Of a stretch of 64,000 nucleotides of DNA, positions 9,219 to 18,406 are shown piece after piece; position 1 is the first letter of the stretch, and every line of letters starts with the position of its first letter. The notes under the pieces were generated by a model. That model searched no databases, was not told the origin of the DNA, and worked only from the letters and a program-made list of their open reading frames with translations. The position numbers and the translations under genes are program-made. Origin of the DNA: a virus; IMG/VR virus record IMGVR_UViG_3300032893_000018, positions 1 to 64,000 of that record, one strand, 5' to 3'.

Positions 9219-9828
9219 CGCCGAGCTCCTTGCGCGCGGCGGAACGCGCAGCGCTGATCTCCGCCATGCGCGCGGTGTCACCGCCCTTGTCTGGGTGGTG
9301 GATCTTCGCGAGCTCGATGAACGCGCGCTCGACTTGGTCGAGCGTTGCCGCGATGTGTGGATCGCCGAACAAGACCTCGCGCCACCCGCGCGCGGACCCG
9401 GCGGCGGGCAGCGCCGCGAACCCGGCGAACGCGCGCTCGAGAACCTGGCTCGCGCCGTGTCGGTCAAGCGCGCGCATCGCGGCGATCGTGAGACCGATCG
9501 CGCGGAGGTTTTCCCAGACCTTCGTCCATGCGTCGCACGCGATGACGCGGGGCGCGCCCTTCTGCACCCAGTAGATCGCGACGCCGGGGTCCTTCGGTTC
9601 CGCGAAGTCCGCCTTCGGCAGGCCGTCGTTTCGAAGGGGGATGTTCGACGAGATGATGACTTCGCGCGAACCGAGCCGGCGCATCTCGGCGAGCACGAAG
9701 TCGCGGCAGCCCGCGAAGGAGTTGTTCCGGTGGTAGGCCGATCGCCTGCGGTGGTTCGCGCGCTTCCACCCTTCGGGCCAGTACAGCGGGTATCGCGTCA
9801 CTCCTTCGAAGGCCATGCCGGCGGTCAT
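9211..9828 (-). CDS. Phage J-domain protein
   Basis: YPLYWPEGWKR N-terminus; C-terminal J domain with HPD (LAKIHHPDKGGD). Confidence 0.8.
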   Translation of the reverse strand: MTAGMAFEGVTRYPLYWPEGWKRANHRRRSAYHRNNSFAGCRDFVLAEMRRLGSREVIISSNIPLRNDGLPKADFAEPKDPGVAIYWVQKGAPRVIACDAWTKVWENLRAIGLTIAAMRALDRHGASQVLERAFAGFAALPAAGSARGWREVLFGDPHIAATLDQVERAFIELAKIHHPDKGGDTARMAEISAARSAARKELGGE

Positions 9829-10111
9829 GCCACCGATCCGCCTTCGATCCAGTCCCCACCCAACCCCCGTGGGGTAAACCCGCGGGGCGCCTCGATCGCA
9901 CGAGCGGCGATCAAGGGGACGAGAAGGACGGATCCGTGCTCGACGCGCGCGGGGTTTCCCCTGCGAACGAGAACCGCCCGCGCGCGGACGTCGAGGCGTC
10001 CTCCGCGCGGTGCGCCACTTGGGCGCGCGCCTTTGCACGGTATGTGATCGCCGACGTCGGGGACGTTACCCGCCCGTCTTCGCCCAGCCACCAGCGGGTG
10101 GGTGCCGGCCG

Positions 10112-10130
10112 ACGGATTACCGTAATCCGT
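10112..10130. promoter_or_regulatory. 19-bp palindrome ACGGATTAC-C-GTAATCCGT (copy 1 of 4)
   Basis: Other copies at 22869 (one mismatch), 39201 and 54540, all at intergenic positions or gene boundaries. Confidence 0.7.
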
Positions 10131-10534
10131 GGCGCGGTCGGGGATGCCGGATCGCTCCTCAGCGTTTTCGGTCTGGGCGTGACGATGTTCTCCCCCCGGG
10201 CCTTGGGAGCGCCAAGGGGGGGCCGGCCGCTTCGGCTGTCGCCGTGCACCCGTCGACGGTTGGGTGCGGTTGGGCGCCACCGGGAGCGCTTGCGGGGGTC
10301 TCGCCGTGGGGCGTCGTCGACCCGCGTCGTGAAGGCGGTGGGAGCAAGGGGCGAGGAGCGGGCGGGCGCTTGTTGCGCGCGCGGGGCTGCCGTGACACCT
10401 TGGGCGTCGCGTTTCATGACGTTCGCGGGTCATACCGCGGGAGCGCACCCGTCGGCAACGGCGGACACGGCGGCGATCGTTTGGGATCGACCGCCGTCCG
10501 TGTTTTCCGGGATCGGTGGCATCATCGTCGAGCG

Positions 10535-11044
10535 ATGAAGGGCGCCGAGTCAGTGGACGAGCGCGAGCCGACGCGCGACCAAGTGCGATCGCGGAGGAAG
10601 CGCGGCGTGCGCGCCGTCACGATCGGGCTTCGACGGATCACGAAGAAGTCGATCGAGCTCGGGCTCGCGATGTACCCGCCGACGGACCACGGGCGGCCGA
10701 GGACGCGGGGCGAGTGCGAGGACGGCGCGCGTCCGTGCCCGTTCGTGTCGTGCCGGTACCACCTGTATCTCGACGTCACGCGGACGGGCATCAAGTTGAA
10801 CTTCCCGGACCTCGAACCGGACCAGCTGCCGGAGACGTGCGCGCTCGACGTCGCGGAGCACGGCGGCGAGCCGCTCGAGGTGGTGGGGGAGCTCGTGAAC
10901 GTGACGCGCGAGCGGTGCCGGCAGATCGAGGTGCGCGCGTTCGCGAAGGTGCAGGCGGCGACGGATCTCGTCGCGCTCGCCGACGTGGAGCAGCGCACGC
11001 CGTGCAGGGCGCATCATCACGACGACGAGGAGCCCGGCGAATGA
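10535..11044 (+). CDS. Cys-rich sigma70 region-4-like HTH DNA-binding protein
   Basis: [61 protein letters not shown] recognise this family from myxobacteria. Confidence 0.75.
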   Translation: MKGAESVDEREPTRDQVRSRRKRGVRAVTIGLRRITKKSIELGLAMYPPTDHGRPRTRGECEDGARPCPFVSCRYHLYLDVTRTGIKLNFPDLEPDQLPETCALDVAEHGGEPLEVVGELVNVTRERCRQIEVRAFAKVQAATDLVALADVEQRTPCRAHHHDDEEPGE

Positions 11045-11586
11045 TCCGCATCTACCTGAAGTGCCCGTCGACCTCGATCGTGGAGTGCGACACGCCGGAG
11101 GAGGCGGTCGAGTTCCTCCGGCGCGTGGAGCTGCAGGAGCCGCCGCCGAAGGACGTCGCCGCGGTGCGCCGAGCGATCGCGACGGTGCGCCAGGACCCGC
11201 CGCCCGAGCCCGGCGTCACCGGCAAGCCCGAGCGCACGCCCGACGGCCGCGTGCGCGGGCACTTCGACATCCAACGGCCGCCGCCCGACGTCGAGGAGCC
11301 CGCGCAGGACGAGGACGACAAGGGGCGGCGGTACATGTCGAACGGCAGGCTGATCGGCGCGTCCGATCGCATCGTGGACGCGTTCGCCGCCGACTATCAG
11401 TACTCGCTCGCGCGACTCGCGGTCGAGCTCTACGACGACGCGAACGCGCACAACATCCGCCGGCTGAAGCGCATGATCGTCAAGCTGTGCTCATCGGGGC
11501 GGCTGCGGCGCGTGGGAGCGGCCGCGTGGAAGCCGATGCGGCATGACGGCGGGAATGCAACAGACGAAGCCGGTGGGACTGGGTGA
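11041..11586 (+). CDS. Hypothetical protein, possible C-terminal winged helix
   Basis: ATGA overlap; SLARLAVELY...LCSSGRLRRVG. Confidence 0.5.
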   Translation: MIRIYLKCPSTSIVECDTPEEAVEFLRRVELQEPPPKDVAAVRRAIATVRQDPPPEPGVTGKPERTPDGRVRGHFDIQRPPPDVEEPAQDEDDKGRRYMSNGRLIGASDRIVDAFAADYQYSLARLAVELYDDANAHNIRRLKRMIVKLCSSGRLRRVGAAAWKPMRHDGGNATDEAGGTG

Positions 11587-11791
11587 CGTCGTCCGGCTCG
11601 TGTCGGGCGGCCCGCACATGACGATCATCGCGTTCCGCGCGCCGGGTGAAGACGACAAGTACCCGGCGGTGATGTGCGGATGGTTCGACGAGCGGAGCAG
11701 CGCGTACTACCGCGACACGTTCTACCTGTTCTCGCTCGTGGCGGCGGCGCCGCCGCACGCGCGGGTTCAGTGGTCGTCGGCGACTGACTAG
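11555..11791 (+). CDS. DUF2158/YodC-like protein
   Basis: GDVVRLVSGGPHMTI...MCGWFD. Confidence 0.75.
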   Translation: MQQTKPVGLGDVVRLVSGGPHMTIIAFRAPGEDDKYPAVMCGWFDERSSAYYRDTFYLFSLVAAAPPHARVQWSSATD

Positions 11792-12183
11792 CGGACCTCG
11801 CCGCCCTGGATCCACCCGTGCCAGCACGACGGGTCGCCGACGTCGACGGACGGGTGCACGGTCAGGTCGGCGAGCCCGGTGCCCGACATCACCCACCGCG
11901 GGCGCGGCGCGTCGTGGTTTCCCTTCTGCAGCATGCCGTGGTTCTCCGGGCACGGTGGCGCGTTGCGGGGGTTCCGAAACGGGATCATCAGCATGTGGGG
12001 GCGGCCGCCGCTGAGCGGGTATCGCGGATCGCCGTAGCCGCACGGGCACCAGAGCTGCACGCCCTGCGCGCCGTCGATGGACGGGATCTCCTGGCGCGAG
12101 CGGTCGTCGGCGGAGACGTTGCCGTAGAAGGTCGCGGCGAACCACGGGTCGGTGAGGAGCGGCATCCGGCGAGGGTGGGACAT
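11788..12183 (-). CDS. DUF6527-like protein
   Basis: WCPCG...LTVHPSV..SCWHGWIQGG; true start may be 12165. Confidence 0.65.
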   Translation of the reverse strand: MSHPRRMPLLTDPWFAATFYGNVSADDRSRQEIPSIDGAQGVQLWCPCGYGDPRYPLSGGRPHMLMIPFRNPRNAPPCPENHGMLQKGNHDAPRPRWVMSGTGLADLTVHPSVDVGDPSCWHGWIQGGEVR

Positions 12184-12209
12184 GGACGTGCGGGCGGCAA
12201 TACCGGGGC

Positions 12210-13820
12210 ATGATGTCCCGCGGAATGAAGTTCGTTTCGAGGACCGCTGGGATCCGGGGGCGGACCCGCGGACGCGGGCGACGCGACGGCGCGTTCGAAT
12301 ACGTGCATCAGTCGGAGGTGCCGCGGCTCAAGTGGATCTCGCGGCGCGCGCTCGAGATCGTGACGGCCGACGTCGCGAAGGCGCGCGAGCTCATCATGGC
12401 GGGCGAGAAGATCGCCGAGCACGGTTACGAGGAAGACATCAAGCAAGTGCTCGCGGAGATGGCGGCGGCGGGCGTCGACATGGCGAGCGAGAAGGGGCTC
12501 GCGTGGCGTGGGCAGATCCTGCGGTCGCTCGGCTTCGCGCTCGATCTCGTGAAGGGCGAGCTGCAGTCGAGGCTGGAGGTGGACTGGTGGGCGACCGTGC
12601 TCGCGGAGATGGGGAACGACCCCGACCCGTCGTACACCGAGGACCAACGCGCGCTCATCGCGATCATCCGGAAGGAGCTCGACACGGCGCGCGCTACGGC
12701 GAACAACACTGTCGGGAGCGGGCAAGGCGTCGTCGACAAGTTCGTCGCGGTGAGCACGCAGCGCACGGGGGTGACGCCACACACGGTCGAGCGGCTCGAC
12801 ATGTACCAGCGCATGGGGGTCTACACGGAGCCCGCGCCGGACGACGACGAGGAGATGACGCACGAGAAGCTCGCAACGATGGCGGCCGAGTTTCCGGCGC
12901 TGAAGGCGGACGTCGCGCGGATCGCGCGCGAGGTGCCGACGCCGCCGCTCACGTCAGCGCAGAACGTGGAGGCCGCGCTGCAGGGGTTCGCGCACTTCTT
13001 CGGTTCGCTCGACGGGTTCGCGACCACGGATCGGCTCGGTAGCGTGCTCGCGGCGCTCGACAGCATGCAGGCGGCGGCCCGCGTGCGCACGTGCTTCGAG
13101 GAGCTCCTCGGGAAGAAGCTCGCGCACGGCGACAACCCGTCGCGCGACGCCGTGGTCTTCTCGCTCGCGTGGCGCGAGTGCGGGTTCGCGAAGCTCGAGA
13201 TCGGGCACAAGCTCGCCGCGAACCTGTGCCTGACCGACATCCCGGGCGACATGATGGTGCGGCACCCGTGGAAGGCGTGGTCGCTCGTCGTGCCCGACGG
13301 TCTCCTCGGCGACGTCGCGCGCGTGTGGGTGTGCGCCGAGCTCGACGCGAGGGACGTGATCGTCATCGACCGGCGCGGCGATCGCATGCGCGTCGACAAG
13401 GACTCGGAGCTCGCGAACATGATCACATCGCTCGTGCAGGGCGCCGCGCTCGCGCTCTCGAACCCGGACGACTTCAAGCGCGAGGTGCAGCACGGCGGTG
13501 GGGGTGTGCCGGGCACGTCACGGCGTCGCAAAGGCGGCGAGCCGGACTTCAATCAGGCGCGCTACATGCTGTCGGCGCCGGTGAAGATCGACATGCGTGA
13601 GCACGTGCACGCCGCGCTCGCGGGGCAACGTCGCGGCGGCGCACCGACGGTGCAGTTCCTCGTGCGCGGGCATTGGCGGAACCAGGCGCACGGCCCGAGG
13701 ATGTCACTCCGCCGGCAGCAGTGGATCCAGGCGTTTTGGAAGGGCCCGGAGGAGTCGGCGATCCTCCTCAGGAAGCACACGGTGGAAGATGAAAAAGAAG
13801 AAGACCCGAAGAAGGATTGA
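12210..13820 (+). CDS. Large hypothetical phage protein
   Basis: 536-aa ORF; C-terminal VRGHWRNQAHGP..WIQAFWKGP motif typical of phage proteins. Confidence 0.7.
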   Translation: MMSRGMKFVSRTAGIRGRTRGRGRRDGAFEYVHQSEVPRLKWISRRALEIVTADVAKARELIMAGEKIAEHGYEEDIKQVLAEMAAAGVDMASEKGLAWRGQILRSLGFALDLVKGELQSRLEVDWWATVLAEMGNDPDPSYTEDQRALIAIIRKELDTARATANNTVGSGQGVVDKFVAVSTQRTGVTPHTVERLDMYQRMGVYTEPAPDDDEEMTHEKLATMAAEFPALKADVARIAREVPTPPLTSAQNVEAALQGFAHFFGSLDGFATTDRLGSVLAALDSMQAAARVRTCFEELLGKKLAHGDNPSRDAVVFSLAWRECGFAKLEIGHKLAANLCLTDIPGDMMVRHPWKAWSLVVPDGLLGDVARVWVCAELDARDVIVIDRRGDRMRVDKDSELANMITSLVQGAALALSNPDDFKREVQHGGGGVPGTSRRRKGGEPDFNQARYMLSAPVKIDMREHVHAALAGQRRGGAPTVQFLVRGHWRNQAHGPRMSLRRQQWIQAFWKGPEESAILLRKHTVEDEKEEDPKKD

Positions 13821-14133
13821 ACCGATCGTCACGACGGCACCACCTGTGAGGGACGCGCTCCACGTCGGCATCGAGGTGACGCGGCGATCGCGCGGCGGCG
13901 TCGTGACGGACACGCTCGGGTGGAGCGGCGACGAGCTCTATCGCGCGGACGCGGAAGACCACGCCGAGCTGTCGGCGAAGCTGATGGACCTGTCGAACAT
14001 GTTCGACGGCATGATGCGGCGCGAACCGATGCGCGCGAAGGTGTTCGTGCTGCTCGTCCGCGACGACAACCCGCTGCGTCAAGACATGACCGACTTCCTG
14101 CCGCCGAACCTGTTCCGAGGGAAGCGACGCTGA
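13789..14133 (+). CDS. Hypothetical protein
   Basis: ATG in ORF 13597-14133; coupled to neighbours. Confidence 0.5.
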   Translation: MKKKKTRRRIEPIVTTAPPVRDALHVGIEVTRRSRGGVVTDTLGWSGDELYRADAEDHAELSAKLMDLSNMFDGMMRREPMRAKVFVLLVRDDNPLRQDMTDFLPPNLFRGKRR

Positions 14134-14438
14134 TGCCGACGCTCCGCGACGATCAGGTCGGGTGGGCGTCGTCGACGGTGACGTCGCGCGTGTTCAAGGA
14201 CCCGTCGCCGCGGGTGGAGTGCCCGCTCTGCGACAAGCCGATGAACCCCGCGGGCAACATCGGCACGCACACGGTCGCGCATCCGTCGGGGCGATTCGTC
14301 GCGTACTACCGCACGCACAAGAGCTGCGCGCAGGAGGCGCTGCCGACGGAGCGCGCCGACCTCGACGCGCAGGCGATCGCGTTGCTCGACGCCGAGCTCG
14401 AGCGTCACCGCGGGCTCGAAGTGCTGCGCCCGCACTGA
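14133..14438 (+). CDS. Hypothetical zinc-binding protein
   Basis: TGATG coupling; CPLC...HKSC. Confidence 0.5.
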   Translation: MPTLRDDQVGWASSTVTSRVFKDPSPRVECPLCDKPMNPAGNIGTHTVAHPSGRFVAYYRTHKSCAQEALPTERADLDAQAIALLDAELERHRGLEVLRPH

Positions 14439-14455
14439 CGCGGCATCACGCCGGC

Positions 14456-14710
14456 ATGGCGAACAAGAAGCGAAGCGCTCCGCGCCCCGACTACGTCGTC
14501 GGCGACCTCGTGATGCTGACGAGCGGCGGTCCGATCATGGTGGTCGAGAAGCTCGTGCCGCCCGCCGAGGACCCCGAGTGGGGCGTGAAGTGCGCGTGGT
14601 TCGACAAGAAGGGCCGCGAGCACGATTCGATCTTCTACCCGAAGACGATCGCGAAGCTGACGGCCGCCGAGGTGTTGCGGTACGCGGCGCTGCTCGTCCG
14701 CGGGGCATGA
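14456..14710 (+). CDS. Second DUF2158/YodC-like protein
   Basis: GDLVMLTSGGPIMVV...VKCAWFD. Confidence 0.7.
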   Translation: MANKKRSAPRPDYVVGDLVMLTSGGPIMVVEKLVPPAEDPEWGVKCAWFDKKGREHDSIFYPKTIAKLTAAEVLRYAALLVRGA

Positions 14711-14714
14711 TCGC

Positions 14715-17018
14715 GTGCCGGTCCGGCTCGTCGTCGACAACCGCGTGCGCGTCGTCGGCAAGATCCCCGACGACGCGTCGGAGAAGCTTCGCGAGGAGTT
14801 CGAGCACGACAACCCGGACTTCTGGAAGAAGAAGCGGTTCAACCTCCGAGGGCACTTCCCGAGGAAGGCGCCGACGTGGACGTCGGTCGGTGGCGAGCTG
14901 TCGTTCCCTCGCGGCGGGTTCGACCGCGTGCGCGACGCGCTGAACACCGCGGGCGTGTCGTGGGAGATCGACGACCAGCGGCTCTCGGTGCCGGCGGAGA
15001 TCCCGCCGCACCGGGTCGAGCCGTGGCCGTTCCAGCGCGACGTGGTCGAGCGCGCGCGGCTGCACCAGTCCGGGATCCTGCGGAGCCCGGCGGGATGCTT
15101 GGTGGGCGACACGGTGATCGGCACGAACAGAGCGACTCTCGGCCGACCGATGAAGCTGGCCCACGTGGTGAGGATGTACAACGGAGGCAGTGCCAGCGGG
15201 CGGACCTGGGACACGCGGATCGAGACGAGGGTCCGGGCGCCGCACCAGGATGGGGCCGTCAGGCTGTCGCGTGTTCTCGGCGCGACGGCCAGCGGTGTGC
15301 GGCCCGTGTACGAGTTGAAGTTGGAATGCGGCCTGCGCGTCGAGGGGACGGCAGACCATCGCGTGATGACCCCGTTCGGTTGGGTCGCGATCGGGGACCT
15401 GGTTCCCGGCGCCGATTACGTGATGTTCGATGACACGCGGGGACGGCGTCCGATCAAGAGGGTTCTGAAGAAGTCGAAGCCGTCGTACCTGATGCGACAC
15501 TGCCCCGGGCATCCGCAGGCGGTGGCGAGGGGCAAGGGGTGCTTCTCGGTCGTTCTCCATCGGCTCGTCGTCGAGGCGCAGATGAACGGGCTGCCGCTCG
15601 AGGAGTTCATCAAGCGGGTGAGAGCCGGGGCGCGCGGGCTTCGATTCTTGAGCCCGGATTTGGTGGTGCACCACGATGACCGGGACACGAGGAACAACGA
15701 GCTCTCGAACCTGATCGTGATGACGGAGGCCGAGCACAAGCAGGTGCACGCGGCTGACTGCACGAGGAACTTCCAAGCCAGGTTGGCGCCGTCTCGAGTG
15801 GTTTCGGTCGAGTACTCCGGGGAGAAGGAGACCTACGATCTGGAGGTCGAGGACGCGGGGGCGTTCATGGCGAACGGGATCGCCGTGCACAACAGCGGCA
15901 AGTCGACCGCGCTCCTCCGGCTCATCTCGCAGCTCGGGCAGCGGACGCTCGTCGTCGTGTGGGCGGGCGGGCTCCTCCGCCAGTGGGTGCGCCGCGTGGC
16001 GAAGGAGCTCGGCGTGCCCGAGTCGTGGGTCGGGGTCGTCGACGGCAAGACGAAGCGGCTCGGGCCGATCACGATCGGGATGCAGCGCACGCTGCTGAAC
16101 CGCGTGGACGAGTACGCGGGCGAGTTCGGGCTCGTCGCCGCGGACGAGGTGCACCGCGCCGCCGCCGACGGGCTCTATCGACTCGTCGACGCGATGCCGG
16201 CGAAGTACCGCATCGGCGTGTCGGACGACGAGCGCCGCCGCGACCGGAAGGAGTTCCTGATCTACGACCTCTTCGGCCCGGTCGTCGCGGACGTCGACCA
16301 CAAGATGCTCGTCGACGAGGGCTACATCCTCGACGTCGATGTGCGCGTCGTGCCGACCGAGTTCGACGCGCCATGGTATCGCGACATCGACGCGCGCCAC
16401 GACGCGATCGACGGCGACGACGAGCAGGCGCAGAAGGCGCGCGCCCGGCTCAAGCGCGAGAAGGGCGAGCGGTTCGACGAACTCCTCGCCGCGATGCTCG
16501 CGGACGAGCGCCGCAACGCCCTGATCGCGCGGCTCGCCGTCGACGAGAAGCGCGCCGGCGAGCAGGTGATCCTAATGTCGCACCGGATCGACCACGTGCG
16601 CATGTACGACCGCCTGCTCGGCGAGCTCGGCCTGCGGTGCGGGTTCGTGATCGGCGGCGAGGAGAATCGCGTCGAGTACGAGAGCACGGTCGCGCGGCTA
16701 GCCGCCGGCAGGCTCGACGCGGCCGTCGGCACGTACCAGGCGATCGGTACGGGCATCGATCTCCCGAAGGTCGCCGCCGGGATCTTGACGACGCCGATCG
16801 CGAACAGCCAGGACGGGCGCTCGCAGTTCAAGCAGTTCCGCGGGCGGTTCGCGCGCACCGCCGACGGCAAGGACGGCGCGCGGCTCTACTACCCGTGGGA
16901 CGTGAGGGTCTACGGCGCGCGCCCGCTCGAGAACCTCTGCCGGTGGTCGCGCCGCGTCGTCGTGTGGTGGCATGACGCATGGACGCCCGGGCGGGCCGTG
17001 CTGAAGGAGATGAGCTGA
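14715..17018 (+). CDS. SF2 (UvsW/ResIII-like) helicase containing an intein
   Basis: Q motif PWPFQ, Walker A restored by splicing (SPAG|SGKST), DEVH, GTGIDLP. Confidence 0.9.
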   Translation: MPVRLVVDNRVRVVGKIPDDASEKLREEFEHDNPDFWKKKRFNLRGHFPRKAPTWTSVGGELSFPRGGFDRVRDALNTAGVSWEIDDQRLSVPAEIPPHRVEPWPFQRDVVERARLHQSGILRSPAGCLVGDTVIGTNRATLGRPMKLAHVVRMYNGGSASGRTWDTRIETRVRAPHQDGAVRLSRVLGATASGVRPVYELKLECGLRVEGTADHRVMTPFGWVAIGDLVPGADYVMFDDTRGRRPIKRVLKKSKPSYLMRHCPGHPQAVARGKGCFSVVLHRLVVEAQMNGLPLEEFIKRVRAGARGLRFLSPDLVVHHDDRDTRNNELSNLIVMTEAEHKQVHAADCTRNFQARLAPSRVVSVEYSGEKETYDLEVEDAGAFMANGIAVHNSGKSTALLRLISQLGQRTLVVVWAGGLLRQWVRRVAKELGVPESWVGVVDGKTKRLGPITIGMQRTLLNRVDEYAGEFGLVAADEVHRAAADGLYRLVDAMPAKYRIGVSDDERRRDRKEFLIYDLFGPVVADVDHKMLVDEGYILDVDVRVVPTEFDAPWYRDIDARHDAIDGDDEQAQKARARLKREKGERFDELLAAMLADERRNALIARLAVDEKRAGEQVILMSHRIDHVRMYDRLLGELGLRCGFVIGGEENRVEYESTVARLAAGRLDAAVGTYQAIGTGIDLPKVAAGILTTPIANSQDGRSQFKQFRGRFARTADGKDGARLYYPWDVRVYGARPLENLCRWSRRVVVWWHDAWTPGRAVLKEMS
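15096..15893 (+). mobile_element. Intein with HNH homing endonuclease (266 aa)
   Basis: Starts CLVGDT, block B TADHR, HNH LHRLV..VHHDDRDTRNNELSNL, ends TYDLEV..AVHN followed by Ser. Confidence 0.92.
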
Positions 17019-17485
17019 TGAAGAAGAGAAGCGAGGCGATGGCGGCGACAGAGCAGGCGGCGGCGCCGCGGAAGCGCAGCGAGGCGGGGCCCGCGCCCGA
17101 CGCGCCGCTGCCGCAGGTGCGCGACGCCGAGGCGATCGCGGACAAGGCGAAGGTCGACATGACGGAGGGGCTCGGCGGCACGTCGACGGCGTCCGACATG
17201 GCGCGAGGCATGCGCGTGAAGCTGAAGGACGCGCGCATCGACGCGGCCGACCCGGGCGACGTGATCACGGTGACGCGCGGCGCCGAGCGCTATTGCCCGG
17301 TGAAGTACAACGGCTTCGACGTCGGGCCCGTGTCGGTGACCGTCACGGTGCGCGAGGGCGAGTCACACGCCGAAGCCTACATGCGCGCGACCGCGACGTG
17401 CGACGTGCTGATGCAGGTCGAGTTTGACATCAAGCTGAAGGAGTTCCGCGACCGGTTGGAGAAGGGGCGCGCGGCGGGGCTGTGA
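17018..17485 (+). CDS. Hypothetical protein
   Basis: TGATG coupling, AGGAG RBS. Confidence 0.55.
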   Translation: MKKRSEAMAATEQAAAPRKRSEAGPAPDAPLPQVRDAEAIADKAKVDMTEGLGGTSTASDMARGMRVKLKDARIDAADPGDVITVTRGAERYCPVKYNGFDVGPVSVTVTVREGESHAEAYMRATATCDVLMQVEFDIKLKEFRDRLEKGRAAGL

Positions 17486-17997
17486 GGTTCAGCAAGCCGA
17501 AGAAGTCGATCGAGGCGCCGCCGCCGACCCGCGGCGCCCGGTCGCTCGCCGAGCTCGTCGGCCCCGAGCCGAAGAAGCGGAAGGGGGTCGTCGCGGCGAA
17601 GCCCGCCGCGATCGCCGCGACGATGGGCGAGGCCGCGCTGATGAAGGCCGCGGACGACTTCTCGGAGGCGGAGCCGCGGCACGTCGTCGCGCTCTACGCG
17701 CTCCTCCACCGCGCCGTGTACGGCGTCGAGCCGGCGGAGCTGCGCGCAGCGGAGTGGACGCTCGCGGTGATGGCGGTGCGGCGGCTCGTCGACAGGGAGT
17801 TCGACGGCTCGGTGCCGAAGCTCGTCGAGCTCCTCCGGTGGACGTGGCGCCGGGAGATCCGAGCGCACGCGCGCGCGAACGGGTCGGAGCGGCGGCGGAT
17901 CGGGTGGCGGCTCCAGTTCTCGCCGTCGCTCGTCACCGACTACCGCGTGCACATGGTCTTGGGCAGGAGCGCGAAGGCGAAGGGAAGCGGCTCATGA
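17482..17997 (+). CDS. Hypothetical protein (replication module)
   Basis: GTGA overlap; 171 aa. Confidence 0.55.
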   Translation: MRFSKPKKSIEAPPPTRGARSLAELVGPEPKKRKGVVAAKPAAIAATMGEAALMKAADDFSEAEPRHVVALYALLHRAVYGVEPAELRAAEWTLAVMAVRRLVDREFDGSVPKLVELLRWTWRREIRAHARANGSERRRIGWRLQFSPSLVTDYRVHMVLGRSAKAKGSGS

Positions 17998-18230
17998 ACA
18001 CCAAGGAATTGATCGAGGAGGCCGACGCGCTCGAGAAGCGCGCGCGCGTTCTGCGCGTGCTCGCTGACACGCAGAAGCTGGAGCAGGAGCTGGCGGTGGC
18101 GCGCGAGGCGCTGAGACAGATCGCGATCGCGCTCGGGTTACCGCCCGACGCAAAGAGCGGTGCGATCGTCGAGAGCGTGCGCTCGTTCGTCCGTGACTTC
18201 GGCGAGGCCGTCAAGTGCGCGACGGGATGA
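17994..18230 (+). CDS. Coiled-coil hypothetical protein
   Basis: ATGA overlap. Confidence 0.45.
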   Translation: MNTKELIEEADALEKRARVLRVLADTQKLEQELAVAREALRQIAIALGLPPDAKSGAIVESVRSFVRDFGEAVKCATG

Positions 18231-18406
18231 TGACCGGCAACGAGCACGGGCAGCTCGTGCGCGTGTTCGCGCCGCCGTGGTGGAAGGTGTGGCGGTGGGC
18301 GGCGTGGCCGTTCACGAAGCGGCGCACGACGGTGCGGGTGCGGCACCTCGGCAAGATCGTGACGGTGCGCGCCGTGTTCGTTCGTTGACGGCATTACGCT
18401 CGACCC

